A stretch of DNA of 22,791 bases, from positions 1 through 22,791 of the forward strand of contig MCFH01000159.1 in the NCBI GenBank assembly GCA_002104945.1, given 5' to 3'. The position numbers and the translations under genes were made by a program. Numbering within the stretch: the stretch's first letter is position 1; each line of letters opens with the position of its first letter. This document shows, piece by piece, positions 11,656-22,791 of the stretch. The notes under the pieces are model-generated. The model saw nothing but the letters and a program-made list of their open reading frames with translations, had not been told where the DNA came from and made no database searches. Source of the stretch: Piromyces finnis finn. Its lineage: Eukaryota > Fungi > Neocallimastigomycota.

Positions 11656-13348
11656 TATAAAGTTTTTTTTTTAAAAATTCAATATAATATATATATTGTA
11701 GTATTTGAGTTGTTAAATAGGAATAATATAAGGAAATATTCATATTAATTATTTGCTCTTATATTTATTTAAAGTAATGACAATATACTAAAAATAATAA
11801 TAATATATTTACCATGTTTATTATTGATAATTTTTTTTTTCTTTTCTTTGTTTGTTTTTTTTATTTCTAATACTTTTTATTATTGATTAAAAAAATTTGT
11901 TTGTTTATTTTTACTTTTGTTAGTTTGTTTGTTAGTTTGTTTATTGCTTTCTATATCAATTCGTACATAAATCACACTAACAATTCCTTTTTTTTTTATT
12001 ATTTAATAAAAAAAAAAAAATTTTTCTTTTTTGATGTATTTATACTTTTTATTTTTTTAATATATTTTATTAAAATTTATTTAAATTTTAATTATTTCAA
12101 AACATTTAAAAGATTAATTCAATTGGTTTTTTTTTTTTTTTTAATCAAATTTAAACAAGAAGTATTTGAATTTGAATGAATTTTAAAATAAATACATTAA
12201 AATTATATAAAATATACAAATATACTTATAAATAAAACAAAAAAAAAGTAAAAAGAATGAATAAATACCTTTTCTTTTTTTTTTTTTTTTTGATTCTGCG
12301 GTACAATTTCAATCTGAAATTTAATTAACTTTTTTATTTCAATTATCCTGCTTTAAAATATTAGATCGATTGGTTGATATAAATTAAATTGTGTAACGTT
12401 GAGAAAAGTCAAAATTTTAATATTTTTGGTTTAGAAAAAGATGATGTCACAAAGAAAAAAAAGAAAGATGATATAATATGATGATAATGCTTTTATATGA
12501 ATTGATGATAAAACTTGTACTTTTCTTTTAATAATGATAGTTTTTTTATTTATTATTAACGTATATTTCATATTTAAAAATATAATTTAAGATTACTTGA
12601 TATAATTATCTTTTAATAAACACAAAATTTATCATCCATATAAAATGAAATGTTAAGAAGACATGTTTTTTTTTTTTTAAATTTATTATTAATAAATAAA
12701 AGTAACATTATATTCAACAATAGTCAATGAAAGATTTCATTTTTCATTTGTATTGAGTTTTTTTTTTTTTTTTTTTTTTGATATTTAATTTTGATTTAAA
12801 AAGAATTATAAAAAAAGTTATATAGGTTAACTCTATTAGGTTAGAATTCAACAAATTATTATTTTTGACACTTTTTTCTCGTTTAATATTGAAATTTCAA
12901 AAGAAAGAATTGTTTGTATTACTATCAACACCATTAATTACTTTATTATTATGAAAATTAAACTATCAATGATATATATGTTACTATTGCTATAAATTAA
13001 TTTTTTTATCTATTCTTCACATTATCAATGTCATTATTGTAATAAAATGAAATAACTAAAAAAGAGTTATTTATTAATAATTTGAAATTATTGAATATTT
13101 ATTTGTTTTATTTTTTATCAAAAATAAAAAAAAAAAAAAAAACTTATAATTAAATAAGTTTTTTAAATAAATAAATTATTTATAATAGCCATTGAATTTT
13201 TTTTTTATTTATTTTTACAATTTCATTCCGGTATTATAAGGTATTAAAATATGATGCTAAATCTAAAGTATTATTTTAGTTAAAAAAAAAAAAACTAAAA
13301 AAAACTTTTCATTTGTTGATATTTAAATTCTTTCATTTTCCTTTTTAG

Positions 13349-15721
13349 TTACTGAGTAGAGGTATTATTATTATTATTATTATTATTAGTAGCAGAAGTA
13401 GTAGTAGTAGCATTATCGATAGTATTTTCAACAGTAGTATGATCTTCATTGGAAGAAGATAAGTTAAGATTAATAATATGTTCAGTAGCTTCTTCCAATT
13501 CATTCCTTATTGAAATATTAGAAGTATTATCATGTTCATCATCATTCAAAACGACAACTTCATTACTTTCTTCAATAGCATTTAAGTTACCTTGTTCTTC
13601 CGATTGATTATTATTATTATTATTATTTTCATCAGCTAAACTTCTTCTAATTGCTTCTAAAAGCATTAATTCTTCTAAATCATTTCCAAAGGTTTGAAGA
13701 GCTTTATAGTTAATTAGGATAATAAATTATAAATAATTAATAATTTAAAGTCATTATTTTCTTTATATAATTCAAAGTTATATACATATATTTGAATTTC
13801 TTACTATGATTACGATGTTGACGATTTGAACTTGAATTTGTATTTGAATGTGAATGGGAGTGAGGATGAGAACGTGAATGAGAATGTGAATTTTGATTTT
13901 CTATCGGTAATTGGAAAAAGGCATCTAATAAAGCTAGAGCTGCATTATTGCTATTTAATAAAAAAAAAATGTAAATTATTATATTTAAAAAAAAATCAAT
14001 TAAAATAATGTCTATAAAATATAATTTTATATTTTATTTTTTTAAAAATATTTACTTGACTTGAACATTAAAGTTTCTGACTCTCATAGCTTCATTATAA
14101 TAGGAAATATTTTAAAATAAAAATATTATTATTTAAAAGGATACATTACATATAATTATAAAATAACTATTAAATAATTATTACCTTCTAAACGTTGTTG
14201 TTCTCTTTGATGTTGTTCATATTTTAACATCCATCCTGGGTAAATATCATCTGTAATTATATATTATTATACGTTATTTTACACCAAAAAATCAATAATT
14301 TATATATAAAAAAAAAAAAAATAAAATAAAATAAAAATTAAAAGAATAAATAGTTTTAATTATTTATAATAACAAATATTCAATTAAAATTTATATATAT
14401 ATATATATATTAAAAAAAAAAAAAAACTATTTACCAGTAGATACAATATGTGGATCAGTATAACTAATACTATTCTTTCTTTTTTTTCCTGGGGTAGATC
14501 CTTGAGATAAAAGTTTTTCATATTCAGGATCATGTTCTTCCTTTGATTTTACCAAAATATTATATTGTTCATAATATTCTTCTGAATCAGGTGATAAGTA
14601 AGTAACACCAAAGTTTGATTGTACACAATATGGACAACTTTTATGTACATATGTATATAAATTCAATATTAAATAATATAAATAGAACAATGAATAAATA
14701 ATAATAATGAATAAATAAATAAATATGATATAGGATATATACCAAGTTGGCTCAGGATTTTGAAAAGTTCTTTTAATTTGAATAAAACATTCTGTACAGA
14801 TAGGTTGATCACAACAACGAGTATAATTTATATTTCTTGGATAATACTATTGATGAAAAAGAAAAAATGAAAATAAATATTTAGATATATTCAATTAGAT
14901 TTTATGTAATATACATATAATATGACAAATATAAAAATATATTTATTCATTTGTTCTATCTGATTTAGAAACTATATACTAATATATATATCATAATGAT
15001 CATAAATAATTTTTAACATTCTATTTTCAATAATTTCAAGATATTTATATATATATATAATAGAAAAATCGCTGGCTGGGCGAATAAAAAAATGAAAATT
15101 ATAAACAAAATTTATCATAATTAAAACACTTACCAAAAAACAAATTGGACATTCAATTGGATATTTGAAGAATTCTTCTTTTGAATAGAGAGGGTGTTCA
15201 GGTTCAACTTTTAATGAATTTTGATGAGAATCTGGAGTTATTGGAGAAGAAGAAGTGGAGGCGTCATCAACATCTGATTTGTATGAACCTCTTCTATTTT
15301 TCATTGAAGAAAATGAGCTATGTCTACTTCTTCTACGACTACTATCCAACGAACCCTTTCGTGAAACTCTTGTTTTAGAGCATTGACTTCCTGTATCATC
15401 GTTGTTTTCTGTACTACTTGCAATTGAAAGTGTTGGTTCATAGGGTTGGGTTGAAGGAATTGTTAAATTATCTGGTGTTGAAGTTGCTGAAGATGGAAAA
15501 GGATTATCAGAATAATCTTCCATTCCCTTATAAAAAGGACTAAGCTTCTTTTTTAAAATAAACTCTCTAACAACATCAATATCATATTCAGGTTGGGCTG
15601 TGTAAATTCCATGAGTAACTAATGATCCATAGTTTATTCGTTGATCGATAAATTCTTTACTTTTTTTTCTACGTGAATGTGAACTGTAGTCATCACTTCT
15701 TTTAGTATTTGAATTTCCCAT
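13349..15721 (-). CDS. SIP5: Sip5 family / DA2-GW2-like RING-type zinc finger protein, 497 aa; exons 15721-15134, 14846-14743, 14637-14435, 14250-14185, 14089-14056, 13950-13805, 13701-13349
   Basis: Seven GT-AG-bounded exons with compatible phases sum to 1494 nt with no internal stop. Motifs: [107 protein letters not shown]. The family was recognised from memory of these motifs, not from a search. The small exons 5-6 are the least certain. Confidence 0.88.
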
Positions 15722-17614
15722 TATAGACTATATATATTATTTTGAAAATGTCGAAAATTATTATATACTATTGGAATTTTGGATTATATAAATATATAAA
15801 TATATATTAATTCCTTTTTGTTATATTAAATAATAATAACAACAATAAATTGAATAAACTATTTATTTTTTCTTAAAAAATAATATTCAATTTAATGTTT
15901 TAAATTTCAAATGTTTTATTTTTATTTTATTTTTTATTTATATTTGTTAAGCTTTTTATAAATTTGTTATTTATTGTTTCTTCTTCTTCTTCTTCTTTCT
16001 TGTTTAATGTTTATTTATTTATTTTTTTTTTTGGGCAATTATACTGAAATGAAAAATGGAATTTTAATTTAAAATTTACAATTAAACTATGTTTTTTTTT
16101 TTTTTTGTTTGTTTATTTTGTTTGCATTTAAAATTTAGATAAATCTTTCCTTGTATATTCGTTTTTCCTTTCAATACATAATGTGAAAGAAATGGGAGAG
16201 AAAAAAAGTTTTAAAAATAATCAAAAGTTAAAGTAAAATAAAAAAAATAAAATAAAAATAAAAATTGTTATTATTATTGTTGTTATTGCTTTTAAAGAAA
16301 TTTGTTTCAAAGTATACTTTAGTAATTTTTTAAAAAAGAAAAAAAAAAGTATTTCTTATTTTTAAATACATAAATATATCTTACTCTTTTTTTTTTTTTT
16401 CTTTCTTCTCAATGTTGTTTTTTATATGTAGGCATTAAGTATTCGAAAAAAAAAAAAAAATTTTATTTACAAAATTGAAATTGTTCCAGTTTTTTGTCTA
16501 ATTATTGTTTTTTTTTTAGCAAAAAAAAACTCCCTTTTTGTCTTTAATTATATACTTTATATTATGATTATGATTAATGCCAAAGTAAAAGCTTCCTTTT
16601 TTTATAATAATTTCTAAACAAGTTCTAAGGTTCTTCATAAAAAAAAGTTCAAAAAATAATTTTTTTAATTAATTTATAATATATTAATTATATACTATTT
16701 AAAATAATAACCGAAATAAAATAAATAAATAAAAATTATATTAAATAATTCAATAATAATATTAATATTTATTTACAAATTTAGACTAATTATTTTTTTT
16801 ATAATAAATTTAAATGTTACAAATTATTTAATAATTAACATTTATATTCATTTATTTAATATAAATAAATTATTTAGTTAATTATTTATTTATCTATTGA
16901 TTTATTTATTCTTTGAATGTGGTTGCATTTGCTAATATATTATGAGTATATTGTAATATATATAAAAGCAATATATTTTTAAAAATTTAAACTTTAATTA
17001 CTATTAAAATGAAATTTTTAAAAAAAATAAAAGTGAATAATACATCATAAGGATAAAAAAAAAAAAAGTACAAAAGAAAGCCAGTTTTACGAGTTTTACT
17101 AGAGTATTTATTAAAAAAGGAAGCATGAAACAATAAGAAATTACTTATTAAAAAATACATTAGGAAAATATTATAGTAAAGAAATATATTTTATACCTTA
17201 ATTATTCTAGATAATATGGGAAATACTTAAACTACTTGTACTTTCAAAAATATATATTACTCTAATATCAATAAGCTTTTATTTAATTAATCATAGCAAT
17301 ATATTATATGAAAACAAACATAAAAATGTTGATAGTACACAATATCATAAAGATGTTAATTATTCTATTATATAGTAATGCAATGAACTTTTAATACTAT
17401 TTGTACTTTAAAAAAAACATTTTAATTAATCTTTATATGATTAAAAAAAGTTTATCAAAAACTTTTTAACAAGTAAATAATATTAATTATACACTATTAA
17501 TGTATATAGTTTTTGTTACTATTGTTTTATTTAATATACAAAAATTGTATTAAATAGCAATGTGAATATATTTTAAATATTAAAACTTTTTTCTCATAAT
17601 TAATGTAAATTATA

Positions 17615-17881
<267 letters not shown>

Positions 17882-19429
17882 TAATAAAACAGAAATTAAA
17901 TTATTAAATATAAATTTTATTATAAAAGGATTTAACAAAAAGGAAAATGTAATTATTGTAAATATTTACATATATTTACATATTATAGGCTACGTCAAAA
18001 TAATAAATAACTGTCATGTTTCTAAAATCATATATATATAAAACGAATACTTTGAGTTGTTCAAAATTATTATATTAAAAAAAAAAAAAAAAGTTACAAA
18101 AAAAATGTATAATCTTTATAAATAATTAAAAATTACTTTTATCAAGTTAATTTTGTTTAGAGGAAATGTATATATATACTTTTTATTTAAATGTAATAAA
18201 ATCAAAAGTATTAAAAATAAAAATGGGTAATGTTTGATAAACAAGAAAAAGAAAAGGTATAAATGATAAATTAATTATATACATATTAGATTGTTAATAT
18301 AGATGAAATATTATAAGTGATTTTTAGATTATATAATGTTTATATGACTATTTCTTTTTATTCCTACTATTACAGATAGGTTTTTTTTTAAATACAAAAT
18401 ACTTTACATCAAATGCCCCATTTTGAATCACGTTATTACATTTAATTATGTAATATACATAGATAAATGCAATATAGAGTCAATGTAAAATTAATATATA
18501 TAAACAATTTAAATCATTATAATATTTCAACTTTATTTTAAAATTATTAATATATTATAATATATGTACTTCATATATTATTTAATAAACTATTGTTTTA
18601 ATAATTTTATCTTTTATGATGTTACTCAAATAGTTATCAAACTTTATATGTTATTTAAATTTATTGTATATAAAATAATAAATAAACATAATATATTAAT
18701 GTATATTAGAATATATTCATAATTAATATGTTCATATATTTATTCAATTTAAGAATACTTTCTAATATATTAAGTTTGGTAATACAAATTAATAATTTAA
18801 TATATTTATATTAAATGAATATATTAATTGACTGATTAGAATATAAACAATATATTAATATATATAATAGAATTAATCAATTTCATATATTATATATTTT
18901 GAACTTTTTTAGAATAATCAAAGTGTCAATAAGAAAGAGTAAGAAAAAAAAGCAAAAAAGGCAACAAAAATAATAAAAAAAAGAGTAATAATCTACTGGT
19001 AACTGGTAATTTTTTTATTACTAAGAATACATAAAACATGACTTCAGAGTAATAGAATTTGCATAAATAGAATTTGTATTTATTATTTCAATTCTAATAT
19101 TTTACTCTCTCTATAGTGTGTATTACCTAAAATTTTTAATTCTTCAAATTAATTTATTGTATAATATATTGTAATACATTGTAATATATTTATTATAAAT
19201 TTTATTTTGTGGTTTGTGGTATAAAACAAGTTTTTCTTTTTTTTATTTGTAAATATTATTAAAATATTAAAAATTTCAATTTTATTAATAAATAAAGTTT
19301 ATTATTAAAAAAATTTTTATAAACTAAAATTTTTATTTTTTTTTTTTTTTAACTTCTTTTTTTTTACTAAGCAAAAATCTTTATAGAGAGTATTTATTTA
19401 TTGTAATATTATTATAAAGGAAGGAACTA

Positions 19430-19466
19430 ACCACCACCATCACCACCACCACCACTACTACTACCC
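19430..19466. repeat. Short (ACC)n-(ACT)n microsatellite
   Basis: accaccaccatcaccaccaccaccactactactaccc, a C-rich island within AT-rich DNA. Confidence 0.85.
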
Positions 19467-20557
19467 TTACATTTGTATAATCAAAGTACCAAAAAAAAAA
19501 AAAAGACTTCAAAATTTATTATTTTCTTTTTATTTTTATAATTAGTTTTAATTTATTAAGATAAAATCACATTTATTTATCATTATAATATTATTGTTAT
19601 TTTAATAATAAATAAATAAAAGAAAAATTAAGAAATTAATATTTATTTTCATTAGACTTTTTGGAAGAGGGTGAAAAGAAAAATATATTTTTATTTTATA
19701 ATATCCAATATTTAATTATACTATTTTTTTTTCTTTCCTTTTTTTTTTTTATCAAATTTGAAAGTAAAACCTCCAAGTTAAAAAAGAAAAAAAGAAAAAG
19801 AAATAATATATATACTTTAGATATCAAATATAATAATATTTATGATAAATTAAATTGAGTAAAATTTGTCAGTAAATATTTGATTAAACTGAATCCTTCT
19901 CGAATTATAATAAATAAAAAATTTTCAATAAATATAGATTATTATATATAATATCAAAATATACATTGAATTTTTTTTTTTTTTATCATCTACTTGACCG
20001 ATTTTTCAACATTTGCTTTGTAAAAAAATGTAAATATAGATATTTAAAAAACAAATATAGCAATAAAAGATTACTAACTCATAATATATATATATATTAT
20101 TGATTATTACTTATTCAGTGCAAGTAAATATTAGTGGAAAAGTAGAATAATATAAAGTATAAATCAATATTATTTTACATTTCAAATTTTCAAGTAGTAA
20201 TTCAATAAACAACAATTAATCTTTTTTTAAAAAAGAAAAAGGTTCAATCAAAATTCAAATATTTAATAAACTCGACTTTATATTTTTTAAAGTGATATTT
20301 GCTACAGTAAAAAAAAATATATATATATATAAAAGAAAATAAATAAATAAATAATAATATAAAAAAAAATTAAGTAAAAAATTATTACGAAAAAATTGTT
20401 CAAATAATAATAATATACTGGATAACAATAATAAACGAAAAATACATGCATCATTAAATACCTAATAAAACGGGAAAAAAAAATTTTTTTTTTGTTAAAG
20501 AAAACATAAATTTAATATAATTTAAAATAACATATTAATTTAAAATTCGCATAAATA

Positions 20558-22373
20558 ATGAATACTAAAATGTTCAATTCGAAGAAGGATGGAAATGAAT
20601 TAAAATATACAGTAGACCAAGCCTTTTATCAAATTGGTTACGGTCCATTTCAACAAAATATGGCAATGCTTTCATGTGCTGGAATAGGTAATAAAGGATA
20701 CGTCATAATAAAGTGTTTTTTTTCTTTCAAAGTAAGGTTTTTAAATTTTTAATTAATTGGCATTTAAAAACATTTTAAAATAAAGGTTTAGGTTCATATC
20801 AAATAATATCATTTATAATAAATTTACCTAAAATAAAAGAGGCAATATCTTCAACGAATGATAATTTCATATGGGTTAATCCAATAATAGGACTATTTCT
20901 TTCTCAAATAATAGGAGGTTTTTATTGGACATATATAGGAAATAAATATGGTAAGTACAAATATACTTTGAACGTATTAAAAAATGTTATTCAAAAATAA
21001 ATGGATTATTTCTAATGTAAATAAAATTATATGTATATTTTTTAAAGGCCGTAAAAAAGCATCAATTTACAGTGTATTTTTAAATTTAGTTAATAATATT
21101 TCATTCTTTTTTTTACCAACTTCTACTGTATGGCTTAATATTCATGCTATAGTGTTAGGCTTTAGTATTGGTACTAATATATCAACTGATATTCAATGTT
21201 TAATGATTTTACATTATGTCAAAAAATCAAATCATCCCATTTAATATGTATTCTATACTGGAAATTAATAAGTGGTAAGTTTTAAAAATATAAATATAAA
21301 TGTACATGAAAAAAAAAAAAGGATTACTAATTCATGTTAATATTTTTTATAATTAATTAAATCATATATTTATTGAATAAATTTTGTTTACACCTTCTAT
21401 CCGTCGAATTATAATGTAGTAATGAGTGCATTTTTAGTTTCATTATTTGTTATTTCAGTAATGGGATTAAAAGCAGGAATATTATAAATTCAGTATTAGC
21501 ATTATCTGTTTTTTTAAGTAGAACAAGATGGCAATACGAATCACCAAGATATTTGGTGAAAGAACATCGTGCATACAGTGCTGCAGACACTCTCTATATA
21601 TTAGCTGAAAAAATAAAACAGAATTACCATTGGGTACACTTGATATGTATACAAAGGACAATATAAACAACAAATATGAGGCTAATTCATTGGAATGTTT
21701 TAAACCTTCCGAGCTTAAAAATAATTACATATTTATTGCAATGTCTTATAGTTTTTCGTATACAATGTTTACCTTATTAAATAATTTGGAAAGTCTTACA
21801 GAACAATTAAAAGAGACTTTTTCTGTATCCTTATTAGTTGTTTTCTTTGCTGTTATGGTCTTTACTGTTATTACTATATTCGCATAACACATCATCAATA
21901 TTACCATATAATAAAATATAATGATTATTACTCCTTTTTAATGACAGCAATGATATTGGTGTTTGGTGCTTCAAAGAATTGGATATTTGTTTCATTATCA
22001 TAACATTAATGACTATATCATTCTTTATATCAGCTCTTTGTCTTATTACTCAAGCCATTAATAATACTTCATCTAAATATAAACTTTCTGTACTCTCAAT
22101 GATTGGTTATTGTTTAGTATTTGCTGGTTTATCTCAAACAGTAATAAATGAAATTTTAAGTAATCAATTTAAACTGATTTCAGAATTCATTTCTTATTCT
22201 GTGCCTTCCTTACAGGTGTAGCAAACTTTTTAACCTTTAAGACTAGAAATTTCAATGAAATTACAAGAATTATATCCTTGAATGAATATGAAGAGTTTAT
22301 ACCAGAAGATAAGGATAAAATATATTACACTACAAATAAAAGATCTTCTTATACTTTAAAAATAAATTTATAA
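20558..22373 (+). CDS. MFS transporter, SV2/SVOP / sugar-porter-like, frameshifted; probable exons 20558-20687, 20786-20950, 21048-21274, 21420-22373
   Basis: N-terminal TVDQAFYQIGYGPFQ (SVOP-like), motif A IGGFYWTYIGNKYGRKK spliced across intron 2, and WQYESPRYL (ESPR motif after TM6), with many hydrophobic segments. Introns are GT-AG. About six frame breaks lie in exons 3-4, so this is either a sequence-error-ridden gene or a pseudogene. The 3' end is uncertain. Confidence 0.72.
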
Positions 22374-22716
22374 GAAGCAATATATATATGCAAAAAAAAA
22401 AAAAAAAAAAAAAGTATTTATACAACAGGGTTTTTTCTTTTTTTATTATTTAGTGCTTTTTTTTTTTTTTTTAAATTATATTTATATATTAAATTTAAAT
22501 ATAAATCATAAAAAATAATTTGAAAAAAAAAAAAAAGAAGGAAAACAAAAGAGAAAATTAAACAAGTGAATTCAAAACAAAAACATTCTATTCATTTTAA
22601 ATTATAAATCATTTTTATCCATCTCAAATTTATTACCTATAATTTTTTATTATAATTATCATTAATATATTAATTTTTTTTAATTTTTTTTTTTTTTTAT
22701 TCTTTTTTTATACTAG

Positions 22717-22750
<34 letters not shown>

Positions 22751-22770
22751 AAGAAAGAAAGAAAGAAAAA
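22717..22770. repeat. (AAT)n, poly-A and (AAAG)n simple repeats at the window end
   Basis: aataataataataataataataataa followed by a poly-A run and gaaagaaagaaagaaag. Confidence 0.75.
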
Positions 22771-22791
22771 GAAAAAAGAAGTCAAAAAAAA

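Noticed and set aside
11301-12179. ORFs 11301..11561 and 11883..12179 (+)
   Set aside because: They are made of F/I/K/L homopolymer-derived codons. The first is antisense to ABCA intron 1 and its flanking exons.
13826-15378. ORFs 13826..14008 and 15181..15378 (+)
   Set aside because: These are antisense shadows of Sip5-like exons.
17200-17380. ~55-codon open stretch (EILKLLVLSKIYITLISISFYLINHS...) resembling a signal-peptide fragment
   Set aside because: It has no in-frame ATG and is bounded by stops. Such stretches are expected by chance in AT-rich DNA.
19661-19858. 65-aa ORF (+)
   Set aside because: It has a TTG start and poly-T/poly-A low-complexity translation, with no coding signal.
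21482-21673. 63-aa ORF (-)
   Set aside because: It is antisense to the MFS exon containing ESPRYL.
20558-22373. Programmed ribosomal frameshifting, RNA editing or a non-standard genetic code to explain the broken frames
   Set aside because: Six events in one MFS gene is implausible. The Sip5-like gene translates cleanly with the standard code, and the two ABCA arms disagree on the break sites, which points to error.

Overview
This is very AT-rich, intron-containing eukaryotic DNA. Fungal-type genes, short GT-AG introns and poly-Asn tracts suggest an anaerobic gut fungus (Neocallimastigomycota); this is inferred, not confirmed. The first half is a giant inverted repeat: 1..~5452 is the reverse complement of ~5619..11083, with a ~120-170 bp asymmetric spacer. 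Each arm carries a tail-to-tail copy of one full-size ABCA-subfamily ABC transporter gene. The right copy is complete (6423..11655, minus strand, 3 exons, ~1669 aa after correcting 5 frameshifts). The left copy is cut off by the window edge and heavily frameshifted. The arms differ almost only by non-shared 1-bp indels, which points to a fold-back read or assembly artifact more than a real duplication; only reads can decide. The window also holds an intact 7-exon Sip5 / DA2-GW2-like RING protein gene (13349..15721, minus strand, 497 aa) and an SV2/SVOP-like MFS transporter with about six frame breaks (20558..22373, plus strand). A 4.8 kb AT-rich gap between these two genes contains a ~270 bp (ATT)n microsatellite. 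I found no rRNA, tRNA, CRISPR array or recognisable transposon, and no evidence for a novel multi-gene system.
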